A DNA stretch of 64,000 nucleotides from Paraspadella gotoi (GCA_051294375.1 CM119269.1:19629936-19693935); one strand, 5' to 3'. Numbered from the stretch's first letter, positions 1-14,250 are shown. Notes: generated by a model from the sequence alone, not told the origin. Translations and numbers: made by a program.

Positions 1-45
1 GAGAGAAAGAGAGAGACAGAGAGAGAGAGAGAGACGAGAGAAGAG

Positions 46-84
<39 letters not shown>

Positions 85-999
85 GAAGAGAGAGATAGGC
101 AGACAGCAGACACACAGACGACAGACTTACACAAAGACAGAGAGAGACACAGACAGACAAAAAAAAATATACGTTTTATTCCGCGAAGCAAAAGTTATTG
201 CATTTGGTAATTGGATAGTCCTTGCAGAAGCGAAAATCTATTTCTAAGAAAAGAGTCTGATGAGAGAAAGAAATGGAGATAGACAGTGCGAGGGAGAGGG
301 AGAGATTTTTCTATGGAGAAGCCTGGAAAAGGTTCATTCATTCCGCTTTTCATTTCCCTCTAATTTCTTTCTCGTTTTTTTTCGCTTCATATATTTTTTT
401 TTGTATTTATATTTTCCTGTTTTTCTTCTTTTTTTTTCAGTCCCCGCCATTTACAGCGCCTTTTTCTTCCTCTTATTTCTTTTCTATTTTTTTTTTCCTT
501 TTTCTTTTCTGTTGCCTTCTCTCTTTCAGTTTCATTTTCTCGGCTAATTGAATTTTTCAGTGTTTCCTGTTCCTCCTGTTCCTTCTTGATCATCCGCCTT
601 ATCCTCGTCCTCCTCCTTCTCCTCGTCCTCCTCGTCCTCCTCCTCCTCCTCCTCCTCCGATTCTTTTTCTTTCTCTTTCCCTCTACTTCCCCTTCTTTTT
701 TTCCTTCCTTTTCCCCAGAGTTCTCTTTAATTTTCTTTAATCCTTTTCCCGCTGGGCTTCCCCACTCTGCCTTACCTGTTCCTCGCTACTTACTTTTGAC
801 CATTTACTTTCTTCTCTCTCGATTTATCCGATCCTCACTCTTTTCCTCCTTCATTCCTCCCCTTTTCTTCCCCTCTTCTCCCTTCGATTGACTCAAGGAG
901 AAAAATTATCGCTTTCGTCGACGTAATGACTTCAATTCCGTCGAATCTCATCCTCTTCCTCCTCGCTGCTCCGCCCCTCCTCCGGCCCCCACTCCCCTT

Positions 1000-2460
1000 T
1001 TCGTCTTTTGTCTTTCTTCCCCACCCTCTCTTTATACCTAGCTTTTTCCGCCCCCTTTCTCCTTCCTTCAACTCCAACGCGCCCCTCCTTTTCTCTTTTC
1101 TTCTCTCCCACCTCTCTTTATCCTACTTATTTTCCCCACCTTTCTCCTTTGCCTTCAACTCCATACGCGCCCCCCTCCTTTCTCTTTTTCTTCTTTCTTC
1201 CCACTTCTTTATCCTCATCTATATTTCCCCACCCTTTCTTCCTTCTTCAACTCCAACCGCCCCGCCTCCTTTTCTCTTTTTCTTCTCTTCTCCACCTCTC
1301 TTATCCTACTTATTTCCACGCCTTTCTCCTTTTTCAACTGCCAACCGCCCCCTCCTTTTCTCTTTTTCTTCTCTTCCCACCTCTCTTTATCCTACTTATT
1401 TCCCACCCTTTCTCCTTCTTCAACTCCAACCGCCCCCCTCCTTTCTCTTTTTCTTCTCTTGCCCACCTCCTTCTTTATCCTACTTATTTCCCCACCCTTT
1501 TCCTTTCTTCAACTCCAACGCCCCCACTCCCTTTTCTCTTTTTTCTTCATCTCCCACCTCTCTTTATCCTACTTGTTTTCCCCACCTTTTCTCCTTCCTT
1601 CAACTCCAAACCGCCCCCGCTCTTTTCTCTTTTTCTCTCTCCACCTCTCTTTATCCTACTTGTTTTCCCCCCCTTTCTCCTTCTTCAACTCCACGCGCCC
1701 CCCTCCTTTTCTCTTTTTCTTCTCTCCCACCTTCTTTATCCTAACTTTTTTCCCCACCCTTTCTCCTTTCTTCAACTCCAACCGCCCCCCTCCTTTTCTC
1801 TTTTTCTTCTCTTCCCACCTCTCTTTGTTATCCTACTTGTTTCCCCACCCTTTCTCCTTCCTTCAACTCCAACCGCCCCCCTCCTTTTGCCTCTTTCTTC
1901 TCTTCCCAACGCTACTCTTATCCTATGCTTGTTCCCCACCGCTTCTCCCTTTCTCAGACTCAACACCGCGCCCCTCCTTTCTTCTCTTTTTTCTCTTCCC
2001 ACCTCTCTTTATCCTACTTATTTCCCCAACCATTGTCTCCTTCCTTCAACCTCAACCGGCCCCCTGCCTTTTCTCTTTTTTCATTTCTCTTCCCACCTGT
2101 GCTTTATCCTAGCTTGTTTTCCCCACGCCTTTCTCTTTCCTTCAACTGCAAACCGCCCCGCTCCTTTTCTCTTTTTGCTTTCTCATTCCCACCTCTCTGT
2201 GTATCCCTTACTTTTTACGCCCACCGCTTTCTCACCGTTCCTGAACTCCCCAACGCCCCCCCTCCTTTTCTCTTTTTCTTCTTTCCTTCCACCTCTTCTT
2301 TATCCTACTTGTTTTCCGGCTCACGCCTTTCTCATTCCCGTTCAACTCCAACCGCCCCCCTCCTTTTCTCTTTTTCTTCTCTTCTCACCTCTCTTTATCC
2401 TACTTATTTCCCCACCCTTTCTCCTTTCTTCAACTCCAACCGCCCCCTGCTTTTATTTCT
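1000..2460. repeat. Pyrimidine-rich minisatellite, ~88-bp unit, ~16 copies
   Basis: Recurring unit ccccaccctttctccttcttcaactccaaccgccccctccttttctctttttcttctcttcccacctctctttatcctacttgtttt; anchor motif spaced 85-91 bp apart. Confidence 0.9.
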
Positions 2461-3539
2461 CCTCCTCCATCGAATCTAGAGGCGCATAAAAATAAAGGAG
2501 TTTAATTCCAAGATTTTGACGATGAAGACGACGACGACGAAGACGAATCAACCTTATCAACAGGACTATTTGATTAGAAACAATGATACTAATTAGTCTA
2601 ACTCTATGCGATTGCTTGGAGAAAATTTTCAATTCTTTTTTTTTTTTATTTCTCTGCATCCGATCAGCTAAGAATTCTAAAGGCGTACCGAATCCTATAA
2701 AAGAATTACGTTTAATAATTTCTCTAAACTGTTAATATTTCATTTATTTTTTATTCCTTAATGACCCAACTGAGTAACAGTACTAAAGCCAAGTTTGCTA
2801 CATACTCATCGGCCTTATTCCAAGAGGAGAAGCAGAAACCTTAATATTTTGAGAGGATAAGTGAACATATTTATGAGAAAGTACTCAATAATGTGGGCCT
2901 GTGGCGAGATCTGCATCGAGACCTCATATACTCGTCCCATTTTGGAAAAACACTTCGTCGTCTCATCTCTTCTCGAAATTAAAGAAAAACCGGATTAGCC
3001 ACTTAAATTTTAAATTCAGTTTAATGAAAAACGTGAGCATTATAAAACATACTCTTTTATAATTTCTTTTGTCCCTAAAATTACTCGCTGATCGAACAAA
3101 TAATTCATTCACTAAGTTTAGCCATACGGTAATTTCGACCTCCTCTACCTCCTGCCTTCCTCCGATTTCTTTTTCTTTCCTTGCCTGATCACTTCCCCTC
3201 TTTGTTTATTCCTTCGCTTTCGCCAGATCTCTTAATTTTTTAATCCTTTCTCCCCGCTGGGGCTCCCCACTCGGCCGCTTACCTGTTCTCGGCTACTACT
3301 TGTTAACCATTTATTTCTGTGCTACTCTCGATTCATCGATCCTCACTCTTTCCTCCTTCATTCCTCCCCTTGTTCCCCTCTTCTCCCTCGATTTGACCCT
3401 CAAGAGAAAAATTATTTCGCTTTCCGTGCGAACTAATGACTTCAATTCCGTCGAATCTCATCATTTCCTCCTCTCCTCCTCCGCGAGTCGCGACCCCCTC
3501 CTGCCGACCCCTCCTGGTGGTTTCTATTTCTTCTCTTCG

Positions 3540-4690
3540 CCACCTCTCTTGGTATCCTACTTATATTCCCCACCCTTTGTCCTTTCCTTTCAACTCCACA
3601 CTCGCCCCCTCCTTTTCTCTTTTTCTTCTCTTCCCACCCTCTTTATTCCTACTCGTTTTTCCCCACCCTTTTCTCCATCCTTCAACTCCAACCGCCCCCC
3701 TCCTTTTCTCTTTTCTTCTCTTCCCACCTCTCTTTATACCTACTGTTTTCCCCACCCTTTCTCCTTCCTTCAACTCCAAGCGCCCCCTCCTTTTCTCTTT
3801 TTCTTCTCTTCCCACCCTCTCTTATATCCTACTTATTCCCCACCCCTTTCTCCTTCTTCAACTCCAGACCGCCCTCCTTTCTCTTTTTCTTCTCTTCCAC
3901 CTCTCTTTATCCTACTGTTTTCCCCACCATTTCTCCTTTCTTCAACTCCATACCGCCCCCTCCTTTTCTTCTTTTTCTTCTTCACCCTCTCTTATCCTAC
4001 TTATTTTCCCCACCCTTTCTTCCTTCCTTCAACTCCAACCGCCCCCTCCTGTTCTCTTCTTCTCTTCCCCCTCTCTTATCCCTACTGATTCCCCACCATT
4101 TCTCCTTCCTTCACTCCAAACGCCCCCCTCCTTTTCTCTTTTTCTTCTCTTTCCCACCTCTCTTTTATCCTACTTGTATTTCCACCCACCTTTCTCCTTC
4201 CTTCACTCCAACCGCCCCCCTCCTTTTCTCTTTTCTTCTCTTTTCCCACCTCTCTTTATCCTTTACTGATTTCCCCACCATTTCTCCTTCCTTCAAACGT
4301 CCAACGCCCCCCTCCTTTTCTTTTTTTTTCTCCATCCCACCTCTCTTTATGCCTACTTGTTTTCCCCACCCTTTCTCCTTCTTCAAACCCGCCAACCGCC
4401 CCCCTCCTTTCTCTTTTTCTTCTCTTTCCCACCTCATCTTTATCCTACTTGTTTTCCCCACCCTTTTTCTCCTTCCTTCAACTCCAAACCGCCCCCCTCT
4501 TTTCTCTTTTTCTTCTCTTCCCACCTCTCTTGTATCCTACTTATTTCCCCACCCTTTCTCCTTCTTCAACTCCAACCCCGCCCTCCTCCTTCTTCTTTTT
4601 CTTCTTCTTCCCACCTCTCTTGATATCCTACTTTATTTACCCACCCTTTCTCCTTTCTTCAACTCCAACCAGCCCCCTGCTTATTTCTCC
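3540..4690. repeat. Second, noisier copy of the ~88-bp minisatellite with the same flanks
   Basis: Same unit; flanks 3140-3500 and 4690-5200 match 640-1000 and 2460-2830 with many small indels. Confidence 0.85.
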
Positions 4691-6301
4691 TTCCTCATCG
4701 AATCTAAGGCGCGAATAAAATAAAGGAGTTTAATTCCAAGATTTTGACGATGAAGGACGACGACGAAGAAGACGAATCAACCTTATCAAAACAGGGAAAT
4801 ATTTGAATTAGAAGAACCAAGATACTAATATTAGTTCAGGAACTGACTATGGCAATTGGTGCAGTATGGAGGCAAGAGGGCCCAGTGGAATATCTGGTCG
4901 GGAGATTGGAGTGGCTCTTTTTTGTCTCTCCCTTTTCTCGAAATTCTTTTTTGTTGTATTTACTTACAAGGATTCGAATTTCCTTCGCCTCCGATTCTCA
5001 GTTCGGCGTTCCCTTCGACGATTCATCGACGCTAGAATTTTACGTAAGGGCCGTCGCCACGTCTAACCTAAACGTCCTACTTAACCAAGGAATTCCACGG
5101 GTATTCAATATAATTCTCTAAACTGTTAATATTCATTTATTTTTTTATTCCCTTGAACCCAACTGACATAGTAACCAGTCATAAAGCAAGTTGCTATCCG
5201 ATACTATCGTGCCGTGAATTCACCAAAAGGAAAGAGGGAAGCGAAGTATAACGCTTAGAGGATATGGATTTTGAGGATGAATTCTATTAAAGCTCAGATT
5301 GGCAATCTTTGGAATTAGTAAAACATTTTATTTTATATCTGGACATAGTAAGGAGGAAGGATTTAGAAAAATAGGCAAATTCAAGAACTACAAACGACTT
5401 TCTTTAATTGAAAAGGAAAGGAAATAATAAAGAGTAATGTGGGGGTGTGCCTTAGTGGGCTCTTAAACGGATATGGCATTACACAAATCCAGTTGGGCAT
5501 ATATGGTGAATCAAGCAAGACCTTCAATATGTCATAACTGGTTACCACTAGTGGTTAAATATATTGGCCAAGAGTTGACCTGAAAAAAGCTAAAGAAAAA
5601 GTAGAAACTCACAAGGCATTATTAGCCGCGAAGTTGGCGAATCGGGATCTGTGAGAACGCATTTGACTTTCCTACTCCCACTCGCATCTTCTCGAAACTT
5701 ACATTATTGTGAATCCGCAGATATTGACACGGGGCTTTCAACCAAAAGAAAAAACAAAAATTCCGCAGGTCAAATTTTTGGGATCAGACATTTTTAGAGT
5801 TTTTTAAGAATTAACTGTGTTTTCACCAAAATAATTTATCTATGTTTGTTTTTAGATTGGAAAACTGTGATGAGCATTTAATAGACAACATACACTTTTA
5901 TATTGATATCTCTCTTTTTGTTTCGCCCTTTAATAACTTACGTCTCTGAGTTCATGAAACAAATAATCATTCATACTAAAGTAGATTAAGTAGCATGAGC
6001 AAAAAATTCTTAGACAGTAATAAACAAATTTTTTATAGTGGCAGTTGCGGGTTGGCTAAGGTCAAAATGTAACCCATTCATCTAGCAAGAATGAAAGTAC
6101 ATTCCTAATATATATATTCTTGTTTGCAATAAGATATGCTAGTGTTACTTACAGAATGAGGAAAAAGAAAACCAAGATCGGAGAGAGTTATGAAGAAAGA
6201 GAGATTGATTAGGGATGCAAACGAGAGCATTAACATCAAGAAACTTGAAATGTGGGTCCGGGACCAGATTAGTTCTATACTTTGAAGACACGAGTGACTC
6301 A

Positions 6302-6821
6302 TGTAGTGGTATGGTATTTTTTCATGACCCCAGCTACTGGGACGTCCGGAGACAACCCTATGGCGAGGCCGGGAGGTAGGCAGCGAGGGCCTGCCTCCCC
6401 AATGAACCAAGAAGGTTTCGGCGCCCTTGGCGGTAGTCCACACAAAGGTAAAAGGGCGACGGGCGTCTAACCACTGTAGTGATCGGACCTACAGCCCGTC
6501 CGAAGTTCGGGACCTTGTGTTGCAACGGACGGTAAACGCTCGCGGGAGTCCGTCTTCCACATTGGTGAGGCCCCCACGAAACGGGGCATGGCACAGTTTT
6601 AATACACCCTCCTGCCCGGCATGTAACACAACCTCTTGCCCTCCGAACATCTGTGTGTGACCGGAAGGCTGGAATAGGGCACAAGCCCCTCCTAAGAGTG
6701 GGCTTCGGGCCACCAAACCGTGCCATACATAGCATTCCACTTGCCGGGTGGTGATTCTAGGGTGGATGTAGTTGTACGGTTAGTTTCACTACCCACTTTA
6801 CTGTCCGGATCAGGGCAAGCA
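6302..6821 (+). mobile_element. Two-LTR non-autonomous element (TRIM/retrozyme-like), family A, running into an N gap
   Basis: LTR1 TGTAGT..CCACA 6302-6561; PBS-like tTGGTGAGGCCCC from 6562; purine tract AGGGTGGA 6759-6766; second LTR starts TGTAGT at 6767 and resembles the LTR1 start; left flank CTCA. Sequence is indel-noisy. Confidence 0.7.
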
Positions 6822-7004
6822 NNNNNNNNNNNNNNNNNNNNNNNNNACTACATAATTAGTCTAATTTAGTTATTTTCTAAACATTATAAACCAGGTCATT
6901 AAGATTTTTTTAGGTCAAAGAAGACACTCTCAAACATCAAAAACTCTGAATTTGCCTCCGGGACCAGATATTATCACTTGGTTTAAAAAATAACGTTGAA
7001 CTCA

Positions 7005-7251
7005 TGTAGTAGAGTAGATATTTCCATACCCCACTACTCGTCCGAGTAATTCAGCAGCACCTATGGCGCCCGGACTGGTAGCACGAGCTCCTCCCAACCC
7101 AAGACTCGGGTTCCGCGCCCTGCTGATTCACACAAGTAAAAGCGGGACGGGGCGTCTAACCCACCTGTAGTAGGTCGGCTACAGCCCGATCCGAAAGTTC
7201 GGGACCTTGTGGTGCAACGGACGGTAAACTGCTCGCGCATCGTCTTCCGCC
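7005..7251 (+). mobile_element. Family A LTR (noisy copy) flanked by CTCA target-site duplication
   Basis: ctca|TGTAGT ... cttccgcc|ctca; contains tRNA-like head and twister core matching 14264-14490. Confidence 0.7.
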
Positions 7252-7255
7252 CTCA

Positions 7256-10200
7256 AACCTTTTTCTCGTAAAAGCTCAGTTTCTAAAATTTTTAAGTCTA
7301 CTTTTTCAAGATAAATTAATTTATCTATTAGCAGTTCATTTGAAACAAATATATTTTTATAAAAAAAAATTTTCCATTTCTGCAGTTAGAAAATAAAAAT
7401 TCACTTGTGAAAAGATCGAAGCTTGATAAAGGCTTCTTTACAAAAGCAACGACAACAAAACCCTTTGTTTGGGCGATATTCTCGCCGTTTCAAATCCGAC
7501 AGGATGTTAATAGATCATTAGCTGTCAGAGCTCGGCGTTGCCACGACGGTGCCGATTGCCGCTAACGCCAACGAACGCGAGCAAAATCGTTCCGCTGCTC
7601 TTCGCAAAAACGGATGTGCTCCATCTCTGTCTGTGTCATAGACTCGGCGCGCGCCGTATAAGAACAAATTGACAAGTGCCCAAGAGTGTTGACCAAAACT
7701 AGGAGTCAAGAAATTCATGCGGAAGAGATTCTTGTAATTCCTTTGTTTATTTGTTGTCTTTCGTAATAGATGAGTACGGCAAGTATTTGCAGTATTTTCT
7801 CAAACACAACAATTTTAATTTAACAAAGACGAAATGTTCCTGGCTCAAATCTTCCGAGCACTTCCTCAAGCGGCCAAATTAGAAGATGACAGCAATTGGA
7901 ATTTTACAACAACTGATATATTTTTAATTTGAAATACGCTCGAATATTATATTATATAGAACTCGTCCTTGACACGAGAATCTCTACTTAATACTTATAT
8001 TACAAATCCAGAGTAACTACCCACAAAATATAACTAGTACGCACCTTCTTTACGATTATAGAGCAGATCCGGATAATTATTAATGCAAAGATACTTCCAA
8101 ATTGCTGCATGCCTGTAAAAGCTCAGCATCACAATGTACCGGCTTTTTTCCATTCGCGACTCCAAAGCGCCGGACCATGGCTTACGTGATAATCGCACCG
8201 GATTGCGCGCCTTCGAAGAGAGCGTTGCAGCGAAGCAATGTAGCGGACCGCGCGTAAACAATCGATACGCGCAGCGCAGATCGCTTCCTTTTGGGACCAT
8301 CTTTTCAGCTGAAGGCTAAACAGGACAACAATAGATAATTGAGAGAGAAGAGATAGCAGAGAGAATCGAGAGAGATGAGAGAAAGAGAGAGGAGAGTAGA
8401 GAGAAGAGATCGAGAGAGAGAGAGAGACAGAGAGCACTTGAGAGAGACTGAGAGAGAGGAAACAGTAACTAAATCTGCTTGTGCAAAACAAGATAACTTT
8501 GTGGAACCGGCAGACTACTTTGTCCGCACAGGCGTACAACTTAAAACTTAACCTATAACACCACAGACGCTCACGAGGAATGCCCAGCTGCTTAACCCGC
8601 TACGGAACATATAGCCACGACGTTCCGACCATTTAGTACTAAACTCAACTACACAGCAACCAACAACACAGTTATAAAATCAGAAAATAAAAAAAATATT
8701 TCCCGTAGACGGAAAGTTTTCCCCCCGCCAAGGGTCTTCTCGGCGCGGACGAACAACAATAACTGAACAACGAAAGACCCAGTTTCTCTGTTTACGTCAC
8801 GTGATTGCGGATTGAGGAATAGTTGTAGCATAGCTATGGATAGATCTTATAGAGGACATTAGTGCATAACCTGTTGTGGAGGATTTCATTAAGATTTGAT
8901 CGAAGGTCAAAACAGTGATTATGGTGGCCATTCACGTCGGAAAAACAAAGAGACGATTAAGAAAGAAATTCGTTATTGAACGTTTAAGACTTTTGACCAT
9001 GATTTAGACCTTAGTTTTCTATAACTTGTATACTATACTATACTTTATACAATAAAAATAATACATTTTCTTTTAAAAAATCTTTTTCTCGCTCGCGACG
9101 AATCTTTTCCAAAAGGGTCCGTAATTTGCGAGGCTACCCAAAGTCATTTTCCAACGGCGCCCTGGTTGGGAAGACCTTCATTGTCTTCCATTTCTGAGAC
9201 CGTTATTGGGACGAATTTTGGGTCATGTTGGGTATCGATCAAAAAACAAAAGCGCCCCAGTTTCCCTTCTCAAGGCTGGTAAGTCTTTCGAATTCATAAC
9301 CATCATATCCACAATGTTCCTAAATCGGTCATGTCGAGTGAACCTGCTAATTAATATGCGTAACTGATATTCAGTTCGTCGAAGAGGAACAAACGAGAGA
9401 TCAGGTCCTGAAATTTCACCCTCGATGGGCAAAAGAGCCTGATGACCGATTATTTTCCGGAGGCTAATTTTGGAATTAGTGGCCGAGGATTCTTCACTGA
9501 AAAAGAACTCGAGTCGTGTTGCAGGATTTGTGATTTGTGGACTTTTAAAAAAATCACGAAATGATGAACCTTTGAAAAAAAAATTAAGATCAGAACTTGA
9601 AAATGATACGGACGACGAATTGCATCTGCCGGTACGATGTCAAACCCATTAGGACAACATAGAGAGGAGCAGAGGAGACCAGAGGACAGATGAGAGAGAG
9701 AGATGAGCTCGAGACGAGGAGGAGGGAGGAGGGAGTGAGGAGGAAGAGAGAGTATGGAACGAGAGAGACGAGAGACGGAGAGACGGAGAGACGAGACGAG
9801 AAGATAACATTATTATCAGCAGAACCGAGCCGCGACATCATCCGTACGAGGAGAGAAATGAATAACATGGCGGAGAAGGAAAACCATCTCACAAAATTGT
9901 GGAATAAGGTAATGACGAAAGGAGAGAGCGAGGGGAAAATTCGTGAATCTGGAATCGTGAGAGGGACCTTGGAAGAAGAGAGCTATGAAAAAAACGGGAG
10001 AGGAGAGAGAAATCGTGAGGGTGTTCTTGAAAAAGGGGAAGATGGTGAGGAAATGCGAAGCAATGAAAGAAAAGAAAATGAGAGGAAGGAAAATCGAAAA
10101 GGAATAAGCAAAAATAAAATAAACAAAAAAGTTTTCTTGAAAAACTGAGAGTGGGGAATTGGGAGTTGTTTACCGTCCAACGTATTATCGATTACGCGTA

Positions 10201-12702
10201 TTTCCTTCTATGTTTATCCTAGAAAATCATGATAAAAACGCGTTTAATACAGAACCAACAAACGATCACTACCTGGTGTAAGTTACCGTTAACCTAGACC
10301 AAAGAACCCCGAGAGACCTCAGTTTCCTCCATACTCAAAGATCCGCGCACCGTAGCAATATGGAACTCGGAACGCGCCGAGTTGCGTCGTTCTTCGCGTG
10401 TTAATTGATGTTGAATCTGCAGAAGTTGGACGAAATGTTGTCGTTCGAAGCGGACAAACGAGCTTATTACTCTTTGCTATTTTTGATGCAAAAACAGAAT
10501 ATTTCAGAAGAAAACGCGCGACAACTGAACGTTCACCTCCCCGGGGGGTTTTTCTCTCGTTTCTTTTTTTTTTTTTTAATATCATCGATCAATTCTATAC
10601 TTCCGTCTTGATTGGAGGGTCTCGAGAATAATCCGGCTAAGTGGTAACGACCTCCCAACGTCTATAAATTTTATACAAAAAATACAAGTTTATTTAAGTG
10701 ACCGAGAAGAGAGGGCCGCCATCCCCCACAGAAGGCCTTCTGACGTTGTGACTCCTTCCCCCCTCAAGAACGCTCACTAAGCTGACAGATTTGCCACTTT
10801 TATCTCCCGTCAGCTTGCTTTTCGCTTGCGTGCGGAATAACAAGATTATTTCATAATAAAAACGTGCGGGTTATATCTATACAATAAATATAAAATTAAT
10901 AAAAAAAATGGAGGAGGAAAACAAAACACCACCAGAATTCGAACTCCTACACTCGCTGGGACGCGAGTGGTCCCCAAAAAAGGAAAGAGGATTAACTCTC
11001 TCATTAATGTATGGAGGCTAACATCCTTTACTATTATAAAATTTGAAATCAAGTTTTGTCTGCAATTCTATAACCTACAATTAGTTTCAGTGTAATGATT
11101 TAAAAGCAGAATATAAAGAAGAAAAAAAAATAAAAAAAAAAAAAACTACTATTTCTCACATAAAGGCAAAATTCCTTCCATATGATAAGACAACTACATT
11201 AATAACTTCAAACTGCTACAAGACTAGAATATTATCACGGAAAACGTCCTCTGACGATAAATCTCTGACCTGCTAGCATATTCCTCTAAAAAGTCTCTCC
11301 AACAGGATTTGACGTCCTTCATACTAAACCGGATCGTTGACTCCCTCCTCTTCTGCCATAAAGATTTGCCCCGAGATCCCCAAAAAATGGAGCGCCTCCC
11401 CAAGTTATAAATTTCAATACCAGAGACAACCAAAAATAAAGCCTAAAATAAAACACCCGCGGAACAAAAAAAAACGAGGGAAAAAATACAAAATAATACA
11501 CAATTCAAACCAACCAACAATACCAACAAAGTTGAAACTCCGAAAGCAAACAAAAGGGAAAGAACGTGAGGAAGATAAATGAATCGGGCCTCTATATATA
11601 TAAAAATCGTTATTGTCCGTGGACTTGTAACTTGAGGAAAAAAATATATTGGTATATTGGGTGGGTTACTTATCTGAGACAAAGAGACGAGGATAGTGTG
11701 AGGAGATGTGAGAGAGGGGAAAAGATGACCTACTGCGGGAGGATGAGAAGCGAGAGCAGATTTAACCGTTGAGTGCACCCACCAGAAGCGGGAAAAAAAA
11801 AGAAAAAAAAAGAGAGCTAAGAGAAGGGCAACGGAATAGAAACATAAAATGAAAGAAAAAAACGCCAGGAGGGCGTGGGACACAGCCGCCACGAGTGACG
11901 TAGTGTACATGAGACGAGACGGAGAAAGAGACTGGAGAAGTAGAGAGGCAATCGAGGGAAATCGGGGCGAGGAAAGGACGAGAGACGATGAAGGAAGAGA
12001 AGAGAGACGGAGAACGAGAGACGAGAGAGAGAGCGAAGGTAAGAGAGATGACGCAGAGAAAGCCACACGTGCCATGCCGTAACTAGACTATTAGGAGGGA
12101 CAATGGAAATTCATTTCCCATTTTCCTTGTCGCAATTTTATTTCAGCCGAATTGACAACAGCCACCTTGCGGTTGCCAGGAGCTTTCGTTCCTCGCGACT
12201 TAAATAAAATATTTCTTTCTACCTTTATAGTAAATTAATTGTATATTGTTTCCTCACTTGTACTAACTATCTTATTTGCTTCACCTATTAGGAATTTAAA
12301 ACTGGGCGTAGCGTATTTCCCCATGACACATCTTTTAACAAAATTCTTATTCACGTCTTAGCAAATTTAAAAAAAAATTTTTCCGGCTTTTTTTCGACAA
12401 ATAGAAGACCGATTCTGACAAAAAACAATACACAAAGAAAAAATGGTTATTCATAAGAAAAAGGGGATTGAGGCTCCGCCGTTTTTTACTGCAGTCGTAA
12501 AGATTATGATTCTCCCCAACTGATATCTCTTTCTCTCTCTCCTCTCCTCTTTCTACTCTCTTCTTCTCTCTCTCTCTCTCTGCTCTCTCTCTCTTATCTT
12601 CTCCTCTCCTCTCTCTCTCTCTCTCTCTCTTCTCCCTGCTTTAGGTCGATTTCCAGAAGAAGAAAGTAACGTCCGAGATGCTGGACGCCTTGCGTTTCTC
12701 TC

Positions 12703-12742
<40 letters not shown>

Positions 12743-14250
12743 TCTCTTCTCTCTCTCTCTCTCTTCTCTCTCTCCTCTCTCTCTCTCTCTCTCTACTCTC
12801 TCCCTCTCTCCTGCTCATATTGTTTCTCGTTTCTGCCTTTATTACGATCGCGACGTTCCGTTTCCCATCACAGGTTATTCGGGTAAAGTGTATATTGATC
12901 CTTCTCACCAGAAACAATATAAAACAGCTCATAATGTTGTCCCTATTAAACGTGAATACTTTAAAATCTTCTCTTTTCGTGTAAGTTAGCTATATTGTTA
13001 GCTTGTTAGATTCCGTTATTGCGTATTGTGATCTTATTTTTTATTCCTGCTATCCCCCCCACACAAATTCTTCGATCTCTCGCACTCTCTCCTCACAACT
13101 CCCCCCCCACTAATCTTCTCGCTCTTCCTGTCTTCCCCCCCCTCAACATCAGGACACTGATAAGAATCCATACCGCGAGTGAATTCCTCGTTGGGACGGG
13201 GAATTTCCATTGAACGAACTGGAACCGGAATTCGAGTAATAAAACTCACGTTCCATTGATTTCCAGTTTTCGCCGACGGAGCTTCGAGGCGGGGGTTCGA
13301 ACCCGGGCCTCAATGATTAGAGAACCAGGGGGGAGAGACGAGAGAGAGGAGAGAGAAGAATGCAGAGGAATGAGAGAGACTGATAGAGATGAGACGGAGA
13401 GGAGAGAGAGAGAGAGAAAATCAGCATTGAGAAAGAAAATGAAAAAGGGTTGATGCGAGAGATGGAAGTTTAAGCAAATGTAAAGTAAAAATATCAGTTA
13501 AAATTATAATAGTGAATTGAGTTTTAGAGAAAACAAACGTTTTACAAACAACCGATTTTTTATGTATTAAAACAAGAGCACGAAATTCCAAATGTGTCGT
13601 GCCCCTCACGTGACTTTCTTAGCCTGTCTATTATTCTTTATAGTTCTTTTAAGATTTCCTAGAGCGGCGCTAGCAGCCACTTAGCTATTTGAAGTCTTCT
13701 CATGTCTTCTACAAATGTGCAAACGAGCTACTACCGACCGCCGACATACTAGACACCCGACCAGACCGACAGATCGAACGAAAATATGTCTTATTAGCGC
13801 TGCGCGTGAACTAATAAAACGCCATGTTTCGACTCTACTCTATGTTTTGCACTCTTTATCACGAAGTCAAAGACTCACAAAGAATGGAGAGTCGAAAACT
13901 CACAGAATGGTAATAAGCGAGATTGGTTATTAGAGAAGGTTTGCAAATTTCGGCCATAAGATTTCTAGAGTCTGCGAACGGTTTCGAGTCTAAAATGAAA
14001 AAGAAAAAAGAAGTTGAGAAAAGGAGAAGAGCAAAGAAAATAAAAGGGAGCAATTTTGGATGCGAAAGAAAGAAGCGGTATATCTGGCGTGATCCCTGCG
14101 ATATAATATATATATATAAATTAAAAAGAAAAAAATAGGAGAGAAAGAAGAAAGGAGTTGGATAAAGATTACGATATGAGCAATATGCAGAGGATGAAAT
14201 AAGAATCCATGGATGAATAGGTTTACAGATACAAATACAAAAAATTTAGC
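7256..14250. other. Near-duplicate of 14490-21570 (partly also 23750-24970); probable haplotig or long-read gap-fill redundancy
   Basis: Collinear match of unique sequence with frequent 1-2 nt indels; the second copy is broken by N gaps at microsatellites. Confidence 0.8.

Noticed and set aside
1000-2460. CRISPR-like regular repeat
   Set aside because: The whole unit repeats with no unique spacers; eukaryotic context and no cas genes.
926-4723. Long F/L/P/S-rich ORFs (up to 493 aa)
   Set aside because: Stop-poor by-product of the pyrimidine minisatellite; open in several frames and not conserved between the two copies.
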